Source: Balanoglossus misakiensis
Taxonomy: Eukaryota > Animalia > Hemichordata
DNA length: 64,000 bases
Reading direction: 5' to 3'
Assembly (NCBI GenBank): GCA_040954595.2
Contig: CM082584.2
Coordinates: 1,579,244 to 1,643,243 of the forward strand
In this document: piece after piece, positions 1 through 13,611 of the stretch
Layout of the letters: each line of letters begins with the position of its first letter
Position numbering within the stretch: position 1 is the stretch's first letter
The notes under the pieces: generated by a model
Seen by the model: the letters and a program-made list of their open reading frames with translations, nothing else
Told to the model about the DNA's origin: nothing
Databases searched by the model: none
Position numbers and translations under genes: made by a program

Positions 1-1024
1 AAATGGTCAAGTTCAAATCTTCATGTGAAGCATAAATTAAATTTGGATGCATTTCCTTAACCATATAGCTAGAAATTACTCCCATACCAATACACGGGGA
101 GATACCGTAATTTTGGCTGAAAGTGTGCTAGTCCAACACTATGCTTCATCAAACTGGCTAAGAGATCTATTATTATATATAGACACATGAAGGAAAGTAA
201 TGTTGTTTATAGTGAAATAAAACAATACCTTAGGCCACAAAGAAAAATATAGATCACGACACAAACAGGCTGGAGTTTTTTTCAAAAATGTGTGCATAAG
301 ATCATATTGGCCCATGGTAATCAAAGCCAAAGCAGCCCAGTTCCAAATTCGAAACTCAGCTCAGTACCAGAAACTTGCTCAAAGCTACCAAATGCACAGA
401 AAGTTTTGAGAATCTAGATGAAAAATCACCAAGCGACTAGTGCGCTTGTCTATGTTCAATGTGTCTTCCCTGGTAACAACATGTACTTCTGCCACCATGC
501 CATGAGATATACTGACAGCCACGTTTGAAACATTTTAGTATACTGATATTCAAAGTTTAAATGTAAAGGCTTACTTTTCTATAGTAAAATAAATGTTTTA
601 TAATTGCCAACAATTTACATTCTTGCGCTAATCAGTTGTATGAAAAGTGAGGTGGATCAAATGTAAGTTTCATTTTCACAACAAACATTAAGAAATCATT
701 GTACAGTGTTACGTAGATGTCAAAGTGTGTGTACACCTGTCGTTTACAGATATGATGTCAGTTTCACTTGTCACCTAACTGCCATGTTTGTGGTATACCC
801 ATGTGGACCACTTTACTGCAGTACTGATGTAAATGGAGTTTCAAGATCGCTGTTACAGATTTCTCTGATTCGTATTCCACGTACATTATCGCAGCACAGT
901 CTGACCCTATATTATACCATGTTTTGCATATTTTCACTAATTAGTATGGCCCAAATAATTCTAAAGCAAGGTTGATTGGTTACTAATTGATAAGCATATA
1001 TTTGATTCACAGTCTTAAACACAG

Positions 1025-1085
1025 CATTTCAACGTATGCCGGAGGAGGAAGAGAATACCTAGGCCTGATCCAAGACCGCTTTCCG
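1025..1085 (+). CDS. possible isolated exon (ISTYAGGGREYLGLIQDRFP or HFNVCRRRKRIPRPDPRPLS)
   Basis: acag acceptor, G/gtaagc donor, locally higher GC and two open frames. No recognisable domain. Confidence 0.25.
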
Positions 1086-2080
1086 GTAAGCACAACTTGC
1101 TGTATACATGCTCCATAGCTTGTTTGTAAAGGCTACCTTTTCCCATCAAATAGTGAAGTCGCCCTTTCAAAATTATGGTGGTGGTAAGCCACAACTGGTT
1201 ATCATGGAGAGCCCCATATAAACTTACCAGCCCACGCTAGCCATGACTTTACAAATGTTTCCGTCATACTATGCAGAAAATTCTGGCTGCCTTAAATAGG
1301 TTTTCACTTTGCGCTAGGGGGTCAAATCACATTGCATTCTGGGCGAAAAGTCTACAACCCACTGTAGTAAGAGGTGGAAGAAATGATACATTTTGTGTAT
1401 TTCATGCTTTGGTCAAACATGTCTGTCTCCGTAGTTAGCATATTAAACTCATTAAATGTTTTTCACATTTTGTTATTTTGTCTGTTATGACCCATTATCA
1501 CTTTAGCTTTAGCTTAGGCTCCATTCACAAACACCTCTGGATGGGGGGGGGGGGGGGGGGAAATTCAATTTTTTTACTGCTAATTTTCACATGCCCCCCC
1601 CCCCTGTACACAACCCGAAATATTTTCAAATCCCCCACCCCCTTCTGAACTGCCAAAATTTTAAAATCCCCCCCCCATTTTCTTTCACAGAGCAAAACAC
1701 ATCACTTATCTATCTTGTAAAAAAGAAAAACAGCGCTCCCATGAAAAGACTTTGAAACTGATGTTTCCCCTCATCAGTGGGTATTAAAACTGAACATGGT
1801 TTTTATTTTTTAAGTATTTGTATTCTGTGTTGGGAGACATTGTAAACCGGGAATTGAAGGGGGTGGGTGTGGGAAGGGGTGTCCCCCTCCCACGTAAGAA
1901 AATTTTATAAAATACAGAGCTCAAAGCTGCATTTTTATGAACCCGGCAAAAGCAAATTAACTCAACTACCAGTATGTTGGGGAGGATAAATTTAACCGTC
2001 GCCGCTCAAAGTTATCATGGGGTGGGGGCAAGTCCCCTGACATGGGACACTAGATAAACCAGTTAATGATTGAAAGGTGT

Positions 2081-2480
2081 TGATGAAATAGCTACATGCC
2101 TATTGTTAACAAGCAGCTGACTGTACTGAAAGAATGGAAGTGTTGTGTACCTATTTTACATATTCAATATTTGTAATTAGACCATGTCATGTATATCTTG
2201 GGGATTGCTCGATCGCAATGTCTCTGCTGGTACAATGTCCTTTTAACTTGTACAGTAATATGGTAGTGATTGTAAGTTTGTGATGAAATAGCTACATGAC
2301 TATTGTTCACAAGCAGCTGACTGTACTGTAAGACTGGAAGTGTTGTGTACATATTTTACATATTCAATATTTGTAATTAGACCATGTCATGTATATCTTG
2401 GGGATTGCTCGATCACAATGTCTCTGCTGGTACAATGTCCTTTTAACATGTTCAGTAATATGGTAGTAATTGTAAGTTTG
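2081..2480. repeat. 200-bp tandem duplication (2 near-identical copies)
   Basis: tgatgaaatagctacatg... starts at both 2081 and 2281, and both copies end in gtaagtttg. Confidence 0.95.
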
Positions 2481-2849
2481 TGTGCGGCATTTGTAAATTA
2501 TTTTCAATTGATAATTTTTTTGTAAGTTTCTTCATTCTCAAATTGCTTGCCTAAAGTACTGCTTTAAAATTTAAATTTTGGTATGATTTTGAGTAGACTT
2601 TTTGTTTCAAAATTATTTTCGACACTTGACATTTTTGGGTGATATGATTTTACATGGAAAATCTGATTTCCCTGTAATTCGGTTGACAGGATTTTCACAA
2701 TATCTCTAAATCATGAAGTACATGTATCAGAATTGCATCAGGCCCCCAAAATTCTAGTCGCCCTTGGCAAGTAATATTAGCCATTGTTGTCCAAGGACGT
2801 TGAAGGTACAATTGGTTTTTAAACTTACTATGTAGGCATTTTATCAGAA

Positions 2850-3990
2850 TTATTAGGTCCCATTTGGTGCAGGTATATGTATTTATACCATGGGACCTTA
2901 TGGGATCAGTTGCACCTGTATATATGGATGTCTGTATGGATGTTTGTCTGTATGTCTATCAATATCAAACACTTGGAAACCACTGGCATGTGACCTTGAT
3001 ATTTAGTGTGGAGATGCAGGCAGGGCATTAAGTGGGAGTTGTCAAAATGAACTTGTCATTGCCAAAATATGCAAATTAGCTGGGAAAGTGTCAAATTCGT
3101 CCAAACTCGGGAACTCGACAACTACTGAGCAAATTGCTTTCAAAATTGAAAATTGGTATTCCTGTAAGTTATGTTAACCTCACACAGTTCTATATGTTGT
3201 GAGCTAATGTGAATTTTCGATTTTTTATGTATTTTTTGTCTCTTTCCACATTATCGGTAGAAAATCTGCTTTTCTGGAATTGATCAGCTGACTTATTTGA
3301 AATTTAGTATGAAGCTTCATAGGTGATCTGAGTTATCATAGTTTTGTAAGGTCCCATTTGCTTTACCATGGGACCTTATGATATCGGTGGATGTATGTAT
3401 GTATGTCTGTATGTCCGTCCACATCACAAACTTGAAAACCACTGGGCATATGACCTCGATATTTGGTGTGTAGATGCAGGCCAGACTGAAGATTGGAGTT
3501 TGTTCAAATGAAGCTGTCATTGCCAAAAATATGCAAATTAGCTAGGAAAATGTGAAATTGGTCAAAACTCAAACTCAACAACCACTGGTCACATTCATTT
3601 GAAAATCAGTATGCATGTACCTTATGTCTACCTCAAACAGTCCTGTATGTTTTGAGCTAATATTATCGATTTTTAATTTTTTATGCCAAAAATCTTTTAT
3701 GCATTTTTTGTATTATTCCACATTATTGGTAAAGAAATCATCATTTCTTAAAGTTATAGGCCTCATTCTTTGAATTTTAGTATGAAGCTTCTAATGGTTG
3801 TCTGAGTAACCAAAGTTTTGTTCAAATTGTTGAAAAATTTGCATATTTTAATTTTGAGCAATTTTTGCCACTCTTGGTCATTTTTTTTCTTTAAAACTGC
3901 ATGCCAGATTGATTTGGTAGGCATATTCCTAAGGGTAAACTGAGTAAGATGTTGTAAAAATGTTTTAGTATATATTGTGTTATTGGGGAA
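2850..3990 (+). mobile_element. HINE/pearl-like (Helentron-associated-type) non-autonomous elements, two adjacent copies
   Basis: 5' hairpin ggtcccat...atgggacc (2856 and 3349), then a (gtat/gtct)n microsatellite and degenerate internal repeats (gaaaccactgg...gatttgaaa.ttggtatgca). The class assignment is inferred from this architecture. Confidence 0.55.
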
Positions 3991-5367
3991 GGGGGGGGGG
4001 GGGTTACTCAAACATTTATAACACCCAGCAACTTTTGGTACTGGCAGGGTTTGTCCTCCAATGATTTCAACATCCTGCTAGGAATACAACCTCTCCTCAA
4101 CTTTATAAATATAGGGCATGACATTGCAGGTTTTTTGAGAACACTGTTTAAAATAACCCTCATCAAGCCTGTTAACTTATTTAGACAGACTATTATCCAG
4201 AATGAAACGAAACATGGATGCAATAAAAAGATCTTGTGCAATAAAAACCAAGTTGATCATAACAATTATTTGCTAAGTACAACATGTACATCACTAATAG
4301 AAGTTATGGCTGTAAGCATAAACCTGTTTGTTTTGCTATCTTCACTATTCATATTATCTGACTATATTAATACATTTGCAAGCATACTGTTTCAGACATA
4401 GCGAATTTGATAAACATCTACAAATATATTTTTACCTGTTGAAGTTATCAAAATCCAGACACTTGACAAAAGGACATTTTTCATCCCCTCTATAGATTGA
4501 TAGTCTAACATAGCAGGCAATCTGTTTTTAACAACTGCAGAAGCCTTCATAAAAAGTTGTTGGCCAGAATGAAAGCTTAGGGGGACGTAGGATTTCCTAC
4601 TTTTTAGGTTATTTTTTCTATGGCCCCAAAAAGCTATGACAAAAAATTGATGACCCCCTTGGAATTTATAATTCCCCCCCCCCTATCATACCCTGTCCAT
4701 ATTCTTATAAATGTCAATAAATGCCATACAGTCCTGTATGTTTTGTTTTGAGCTAATATTATGAATTTTCTATTTTTATTGTTTTGTCTTTTACTGCATT
4801 ATTGGTAAAGAAAAATCTTCCTTTCTGAAAGCCATAGTTTTTGTTCAAATTGCAAATTGTTGTGAAATTGGTATATTTATAATTTTGAGCAATTTTGTAA
4901 TTTTTGCTCAGAATGCAGATTCCTAGGGGGGTAACCCAAGTAAGGTGTTGTAAAAGAATTGTTTAAAAAATAAAAATATATTTGTAGATGGTTATCAAAT
5001 TCGCTGTGTCTGAAAGCGCTTGTCAGATTGCTTTGAACTTTGACAGGAATGTTCCTTGTAGTGATTTAAGTAAGATGGTGTACAATTATAGTGATTTTTG
5101 CATATTTGTGTTTTTGCCACTTTTGAACAAATGTAGTTTTGTTTAACCCCCATCTTACCCTATCCATATTCAAATAAATATGAAAAGAAATTTCTCACAG
5201 ATATTATTTACTTTGATAATACTATCATTTGTGCAACAACTAATCAATCAAACAGTCAATAATCATAAATTGGGAGTTCAAAAATATCTATAAGGGAGAT
5301 TTAAAACCCCGTTAGCAACAACTGTTTGCCATGTTTTCAGTATTAATGTTTTGTGTAGCTTCTGCAG

Positions 5368-5990
5368 TTTTTAGGTCCCATATGGTATGTACCATGGGCC
5401 TTATGGAATCAGTTGCGTCTGTATTTATGTATGGATGTACTGTATTTTCGCGAGTTAAATTTTTCGCGATATCGAGAGAGGCCACTGTTTCGCGAGTATT
5501 AATTTTCGCGTTCTCTTATTTCATTCACTGCATCGTTATCTTCAAAAACAATTTACGCGACTTTTTATTTTCACGTTATTTTGGCTCTCGCGTATTTGGC
5601 GAAAATTAATTGCTCGCGAAAATAAAGTGTTTTACAGTATGTCTGTCTGTTTGTATGGATGTATGTCTGTATGACCGTCCACATCTAAAACTTGAAAACC
5701 GTTGTGCATATCACCTCGATATTTGGTGTGCAGATGCAGGCTGGGCTGTAGATTGGAGTTTGTTAACATGAAAATGTCATTACCAAATATATGCAAATTA
5801 GCTGGAAAATGTGAAATTGGTCAAAACTCGCAAAATTCAACAACTGCTGGTCAGATTGATTTGGAAATTGGTATGCAAGTACCTTATGCCTACCTCATAC
5901 AGTCCTGTATGTTTTGAGCTAATTTTGATTTTCTATTTTTGATGCATTTGTTTGTATTTTTCAACATTATTGGTAAAAAATCTTCATATG
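5368..5990 (+). mobile_element. third HINE/pearl-like copy, interrupted by a CTGTA MITE
   Basis: Starts tttttaggtcccatatggtatgtaccatgggcc and has the same downstream blocks as 2850-3990. Related internal repeats recur at about 6450-7100 and 8370-9900. Confidence 0.55.
5440..5637. mobile_element. TA-flanked CTGTA...TACAG MITE (Tc1/mariner-pogo type)
   Basis: TA target duplication. The body (ttttcgcga repeats) is the near-identical reverse complement of 30618-30824. Confidence 0.8.
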
Positions 5991-7334
5991 AATCTAAAAT
6001 TACCGTCGAATCATCCAGTGTGAGTTAGCACTGTAATTAGCAAAAGTTATAAATCCACAGTTACCCAGCAAATTTGATATAATGCTTCACATAGGTATTG
6101 GTTTTGAACATCCTTCAGAAAGGGTATGAATATTTTAAAATTTTTACTGTTGCAACCCAGACTAGTTTATTTCTGAATAAACAGAGAAATGACAACCGGA
6201 TAGATTATTCTTCTGTACTAAAGACATATGCAGACACAAGAAATAGTCTGAACATTTTCAGTACATTACTAAAACAGTGTCGGTACATTGTACTATAAAC
6301 TGAGGAAGATTAGTGACTATTGTTTGCCAAAAATGGTCCCAAGTCATTTCTCAAGCATAGCAGAATAGTAGCTTTGAGTAGCAAAGTGTGATGATTTAAA
6401 ATGTAAAAAGACAACACCAATCTCTAGCTCTGCTCTCAGCACTGCAAAAGTTATCTGACAGGTAGATAGATGTTCAGTCATCCTATGTCTGTCAACATTT
6501 TTCTTTTCTGAAATCACTGGCGCAAGTGCTTTTAAAATTGGTGTGCAGGTTTCTTGGGGTGGCGAAGTAATGTGTGTTCAAATTGTGTTGAATTCTGCAT
6601 ATTTGTAGTTTGGAACAAGTTTTTTGCTGTTTTTGGAAGAAAAAAGCTAAGCTCGTAGATTACTTTGACTATGCAGGTTTCTAGGTATGACACAAGTTGT
6701 TTCTTCAAAATATGGTGAAATTTGCATATTTGGGGGGAAATTTTCTCTGAAATTTAGTATTGATCTCCCTGAGGTATGTGACATAATCTGTAATTTTGTA
6801 TTTTGGAGACAGTTGCCTTTTTGTACAAACAAAAAATCTTGTCAGAATATGCATGTCTGATTGCCATGTCCACAGGGGTGATCTACTTTTATTTACATTA
6901 TAACCGAATCAGTAAAGTTTTCATAATGATCTTTAAAATAGGTACGTCTAATTGTTTTGATCTTTGGTATGAATTGTCCCTTGGTGATCTTAGTCAATGC
7001 TTTTGAAATTCCGCTGAATATTGCATTATTATTTTGTCTAAGTCTGAAGAGTAGTCATCATCTCTGAAACCCCTTGACCTAAGTCAGGTGTCAAATAGTA
7101 CAATTTGCAGATTTGTTGCATTGGAGATATTGTTGCAGTTTTTGAAATTCAAGATGGCTGCCAATGTCTGTGTTAACTCTATGGAAAAACATTTGTGTAA
7201 ATACTTTTCTGAAAACAAGGCGGTGAACATCACATTTTTGTTTACAAACAGTAATAGAAATAGCTATCATTGTTTCTGAAAATCCTAACTTGTAGGATTC
7301 TTTTTCAATCTCTGGCATCAGCAGAGACAATTAA

Positions 7335-8067
7335 GGTGGCATTGCATGAAAAGTTGTGATTTTTGCCAAATTTTACTTTTTTACATAAATCGGTAGGCCT
7401 AATACTCACCCACATCCTGACTAATACGTCTTGGCGGAAATGGTGCACAATCACCCCCAAATAGCACTTTTCTGAATGAGTTCACAGCTTAACAAATAGG
7501 TGTCAACAATGCAAATGGCCGTTTTTCTCGGTTTGCATTTTCGCTGCTTTTGACAACTTCGGACTAAAATAGCTTCGCCCTGCATTGGCCGAATTTGCTC
7601 AAATTTTGACAGGGAATTGTGTATGACCCATCCAACAAAACACTAGTTTTGTATGTCGATAAAGTGTCCCTAGCGGGAATAAACTCTGATTCAATACAAC
7701 TCACCGTGAATTTGATCAAATTTTCAGAAAATCTAACTTTCAAACGCTGTTACTCCTCAATGGAAGCAGATAACGCAAAACAAAATTAGCGTTTTTTTGC
7801 ACGTGTACTTTAGTTTCGAATGACATATTAAGATGCATGATGCATGGTCAACTTTTTTACCTATTTTAAATTTCATGACATAATATAAAAAAATGGGTTT
7901 TTTCGCCCAAAATCGCCACCATTTCCGGGGATCAATAATATTTGCAACTCAAACAAAAGTTCAAAATCTCAGCTTCCAGAATATATATGGTTTATGGGGG
8001 TTTAAACTTTGTCTTTGATGAGAAATAGGCCTCTGAAAAAGTCTCGACGGTTTCATGCAGTGCCACC
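7335..8067. mobile_element. TTAA-flanked non-autonomous DNA transposon (Kolobok-type, GG termini)
   Basis: TTAA at 7331-7334 and 8068-8071. 17-bp TIR ggtggcattgcatgaaa / tttcatgcagtgccacc with one mismatch. Confidence 0.8.
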
Positions 8068-9900
8068 TTAAACAACTCTATAAAAAGTCTTATTGCTTAG
8101 TACTGGCACGAGGTGGTAAAAAGATGTGCAGCTTTTGACTTATTACAGGCTTACACTTTGTTAGTAATATGAGTCCCTATTGGTATTGTGCTGGGTTTTT
8201 AGGAGCTTGGGCCCCATTCCCTGGATATTTTTTACACCTTGCTCTGAAAACCTGCCACACCTATGCTTCTTGAATTTGTCACAGTTGTCCTTGCCAATGA
8301 GTGTGCACCTTGAAATTCAAATCAGTCATTTGACCTGGCAGCCATATTCAGTTGAAATTGTTAAATAAATGCAAATTAGCTGGGAAAATTTGAAATTGGT
8401 CAAAACCACTGGTCAGATTGATTTGACAATTGGTATGCAAGTACCTTATGTCAACCACATACAGTCCTGTATTTTGAATAGTTTGAATGTTCTATTTTTA
8501 TGCATTTTTTGCCTTTTTCCTCATTTTTGGTAAAACATCTACTTTTCTAAAATTGATGAGACGACTTCTTTGAAATTTAGTATGAAGCTTCATATAGGTG
8601 ATATGAGTTATCATACTTTTGTTAAAATGTTGCAAAATTTGCATATTCATAATTTTGGAGCAATTTCGGCCGTTTTTGAATTTTTTTTTTAAACCGGTTG
8701 TTACATTGCTTTGAAATTTGTTAGTCATATTAGGGGTAGCCCAAGTAAGATTTGCATGTATGTTTTTCAAATCAACTTGATGAATTGAATAGTATATTTT
8801 TGGGATGATTTTTGCCATTTTCGGTCAAAACTCTTCTCAGAACCCCCCACAGTACGTGAAATATCCCATGAATCACTCTGGTTTGTACAACCAGAGATTA
8901 CTCGGTCAAACCAGGCAAAGTTCACATGTGTAGAGAAAATTGTAGACCACTAATACAAATTTTGAGAGCATGCTTTAAAGGCGAATCTTATTGTCAATTA
9001 CCATTTCAAATGATAAACAAAATCATGCATTATTGAAAGAGGAGATACAAATTTTATAAAATAAGCAATTGCATAGCCAGCCGATACAAAAAAGTTTGAA
9101 GTAAAACAGGGACACTTGAAACACTTGTTTAATCAAACAAAACGATATTGATTTTTTTCTATAGACAGAACAATGGAAATTTACATGTTAACTTTCAACA
9201 GAGACTGGCCACCTCAGTTAGTCATTGCTTCTTTCCTCCTAAGTGTGACATTTGACGTACATGAATGAATACCTTGATTTCTATGGCTTTTAAATCTTGA
9301 TTTTGAAATTTTCACTCTAATTCCTCAACATACTTTTTCTAGATAAATCTTAATACAGTTATATGTACTTCATATCATTGTTAGTATCTAAAACAGAAAG
9401 TAATTAAATGGACAATCTCGATGATACAAATCATGGAGAGTTGTGGGTAAAATATCGTACTGTGCCCCCTTTACCCCCACTGCTTTGAAATTTGATTTGA
9501 AGGTTTCAGGGTTTGTTCTCATGATAATTTACAGATTGATTTGACAATTGGTATGCAAGTACCTTATGTCAACCACATACAATCCTGTATTTTTTTAACT
9601 AATAGTTTGAATGTTCTATTTTATGCATTTTTTGCCTTTTTCCTCATTTGTGGTAAAAAAATTTAGTATGAAGCTTCATGTAGGTGATATGCGTTACAAT
9701 ACTTTTGTTGAAATGTTGCAAAATTTGCATATTGATAATTTTGGAGCAATTTCAGCCTTGTTTAATTAATTTTTTTTCTCTAAAACCGCTTGTTCCATTG
9801 CTTTAAAATTTGTTAGTCATGTTAGGGGTAGCTCAAGTAAGATTTGCATGTATGTTTTTCAAATCAACTTGATGAATTGAATAGTATATTTTTGGGGGAT

Positions 9901-10194
9901 CAAATCAAATCAAATCAAAACAAACATTTATAAAGCGCCAGAATCAATAACAATGTTATTTCCAAAGGCGCTGAAAGTATAACATCAGTGTTCGTAGGCT
10001 TTGACAAATAGAAATGTCTTGAGTTTTTGTTTGAAAATGTTGAGACTAGAAGCCTGTTGAATGTCAGATGGCAGAGAATTCCAAAGTTGTGGCGCGACAA
10101 GGGAAAAGGCACATCCACCATATGTTTTGAGTCTGTACTTTGGTACACACAACTGGTTCCTTGAGCTGGAGCGCAGAGCCCGACTAGGCTTATA
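9901..10194 (-). mobile_element. L2/CR1-group LINE 3' fragment
   Basis: C-terminal ORF2 peptide YKPSRALRS...TYG..AFS..APQLWNSLP...FKQKLKTFLF, followed by a short 3' UTR with gcgctttataaat and an (atttg)n tail. Confidence 0.85.
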
Positions 10195-10975
10195 TGATTT
10201 TTGATTTGATTTGGTTTCAGGGTGATTTCTCATGATGATTTACAAAACCTATGACTGATTACTTTGAAATTTGAGTAGGAAGTTAATTGGATGTGTTTGT
10301 TTAGATAATGGAATCAAATAAAGTTATTCATTCTTCACCTTCATTCTTCACCTCATTTCATTTATTGGCTGGTTTGTCTATTGTATCAGGGAAGAGTACT
10401 TGCCATCCCACCCCACCGATGCAAACTTTGAGTGGCAAAAGTAAAATTTGTCATAACATTGAGTTAATTTGCTTTTGGGCTCACTAAAATGCAACTTTGA
10501 GCTCTGTATTTGTACAAAATTTTCATTAATTGGCTGGTTTGTCTATTGTACCAGGCCAGCATACATAAGATCAAGATGTTTTCGGGGCTGGGGGGGGGGC
10601 ATCATATTTTATTGCCTCTCTATGTGTGTGTCTGTCTGTCTGTACTCCTGTGTAGACTTTTTCTAGTGTAATCACTAAATGAGACCACAGTGTCCTTGAC
10701 GCTATTTTTTGCGATTTTCAATGACCCTGGGGTAACCTTTGACCAGCTTTCATATATCTTGGTATTCACAGCAGAATACAGCCTTGGCATACCCTGGTAA
10801 CCATGGGAACTGTTTGGGCCCAACCAATGGTGCTGGCAGCGTTAATTTTTAAATGATTTCTTCTTGTCGTTTTCTTTATCAATATGATGACTTGACCTAA
10901 TCAGATTATTAAAATAATTTTATTCTTTTTTTACATTAGGTTCTTTGGTAACACTGCTGCTGGAGGGAGTGTAAT

Positions 10976-11690
10976 ATTTGTAACGACGTCGCCACCTAAT
11001 ACTGTACTGGAGGTATGAACTTAAACTTGTAACGACGCCGCCACCTAATACTGTACTGGAGAGATGAAGTTAATACTTGTAACGACGCCGCCACCTAATA
11101 CTGTACTGGAGAGATGAAGTTAATACTTGTAACGACGCCGCCACCTAATACTGTACTGGAGAGATGAACTTAATACTTGTAACGACGCCGCCACCTAATA
11201 CTGTACTGGAGAGATGAAGTTAATACTTGTAACGACGCCGCCACCTAATACTGTACTGGAGAGATGAAGTTAATACTTGTAACGACGCCGCCACCTAATA
11301 CTGTACTGGAGAGATGAAGTTAATACTTGTAACGACGCCGCCACCTAATACTGTACTGGAGAGATGAAGTTAATACTTGTAACGACGCCGCCACCTAATA
11401 CTGTACTGGAGAGATGAAGTTAATACTTGTAACGACGCCGCCACCTAATACTGTACTGGAGGGATGAACTTAAACTTGTAACGACGCCGCCACCTAATAC
11501 TGTACTGGAGAGATGAAGTTAATACTTGTAACGACGCCGCCACCTAATACTGTACTGGAGAGATGAAGTTAATACTTGTAACGACGCCGCCACCTAATAC
11601 TGTACTGGAGAGATGAACTTAATACTTGTAACGACGCCGCCACCTTATACTGTACTGGAGGGATGAACTTAAACCTGTAACGACGCCAGA
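10976..11690. repeat. 50-bp minisatellite, about 14 copies
   Basis: Unit cttgtaacgacgccgccacctaatactgtactggagagatgaagttaata, with minor 49-bp variants. Confidence 0.95.
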
Positions 11691-11871
11691 TGATGCTCCT
11701 GTGACCAGAGGGATGAACGACGCCATAATTTGTTGATCTGATCTAATTAATAATATTCATTCTTTTTTTTCAATAGGTTCATTGGTATTATCATCGCCGG
11801 AGGGAGTCTAATCAATATCTACAACAACGCCGCACCAGATAACAATATCAAAACCAGAGGGATGCTGTCAA

Positions 11872-12050
11872 TAGGTTAGGCTAATAAAAATGGTTTAATC
11901 TGAGGGAATGGTAAAGGGTTGGTGTATGAATATGTTAGGGTAATAAAAAATGGTATAATCTAACGGAATGGTGAAGGGTTGGTGTATAAACAGGTTAGGC
12001 TAATAAAAATGGTATAATCTAATGAAATGGTGAAGGGTTGGTGTATGATG
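11872..12050. repeat. about 60-bp tandem repeat, 3 diverged copies
   Basis: ggttaggctaataaaaatggtataatct...gaatggtgaagggttggtgtat repeated three times. Confidence 0.85.
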
Positions 12051-12469
12051 ACTAATAAGACATTGTGCACAAGGGTACTATAATAAAACTGTCTGCAAGG
12101 GTATAATATTATGGTTTCAAGGGTATGATAAGTAATTAAAATACTATAAAAACATGAGTAATGCCACGTGGTAAATAAAAACTGTACATGTACAGAGGGT
12201 AAATACCGGTATAATATATAAAGGTGTTAACATCAATGGTGTAATAATAAAAAAAATGGGTAACACATGGTTTTGGTGGTATAATAATAATAAAATGGTA
12301 TTAACTTGATGGTATAAACATTATGGGATGTGTATAAACGGTGTTAATATTACAAAGGTATAATGATTAGTTGGGGTGTAATAATAAGAAATTTAAAATC
12401 ATTGGGTAATTTATTAGTGTCAGGTTGGGTAAAATAATTGTTGCTATGCATTCGTGTAATAATTGTCTG

Positions 12470-12668
12470 CGGATTTTTTGCAGCGTTACCCGCGTTCGCG
12501 TTCTTCATTGCAGGTCGCTCGTCATGTAATGGAATTTCGCCGTGTGCCCGTTTGATTCGCCGATGGATTTTTTACAACGTTACCCGCGTTCGCGTTCTTC
12601 ATCGCAGTTGGATCGTCGTGTAATGGAATTTCGCCGTGTGCCCGTTTGATTCGCCGATGGATTTTTTG
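12470..12668. repeat. about 95-100-bp CpG-rich tandem repeat, 2 copies
   Basis: cgttacccgcgttcgcgttcttca...gtaatggaatttcgccgtgtgcccgtttgattcgccgatggatttttt occurs twice. Confidence 0.9.
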
Positions 12669-13611
12669 CTTTCGTCATCGTAATTCCCGCATCAACACGA
12701 ATCCTCAATCTCGCGTAACAACAATACATCAAAATGTACACAGAAAAATAGGAGTCGGCAAGACAATTCTGGTTAGTTTGAGCCCCAACCTTTTAAAATT
12801 CACAACGGGGGAGGGGGCAGTTTTTCCTCATTTTATATTTGGCTCGAGGTTTTTAACTGTCCCCAGGCGCGTAAAGTTAGTTAGTTTATCACACAGTATG
12901 TAATTATCTTGCTTGATTTAAAAAAAACACTAAAATTGTATGGGGGAGCTTCTTGCGATTTGCACTTAAGAAACTGATGGTTTGTACCCATAGATAATAT
13001 TTAGTATTAAGCACATAATTGCCTGGAAATAAAAATTAACTCAAGGGTAGAATGCAACAGTTAATTTTGTGCAATATCAACAGGAGCTATTTTGGCACAT
13101 TATTTCAGTTTGATAAACACTGTTTTTGCTCATTGTTTCATTTCGACCACATTATTTCAGTTTGATAAACACTGTTTTTGCTTATTGTTTCATTTCAACC
13201 ACTTTTGTCACCTTGTTTTAAATTGAATGCAAGCATTGTTTCTGTTTGACCACTACTTGGGGTAATTGTTCCAAATTGGTATGCAAGATATTTTACATCA
13301 GCAGTTAGCCATCTAGCCACACTTTAGCTGCACAGCATATGAAAAATAATGAAATTCATGCAAAAAGCAAAAAAGTATTATGGGTATAATGCCATTGCAG
13401 CATTGGCGGTTCGACTCCGTCGATACTTACTTTGAAGCATAAGTCTTCATTATTTTTCATATGTAATAAATAAAACTCTTCCAAATTCATATCTTTGTTT
13501 TAAGTTTGTGCTTTTGCTTCAGTTAGGGGGCCCACATTTACCAAACCTGTCTTGCCATCTTTTCACATTTCTTCAAATATGCAGCGCCAGCGGTAGGCAG
13601 TATTTGATCAA

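Noticed and set aside
10976-11690. CRISPR-like appearance of the 50-bp array
   Set aside because: The units are contiguous with no unique spacers, there are no cas genes, and the context is eukaryotic.
11872-12050. TTAGG/TTAGGG motifs as telomeric repeat
   Set aside because: Only isolated single motifs within a 60-bp unit, not tandem telomeric repeats.
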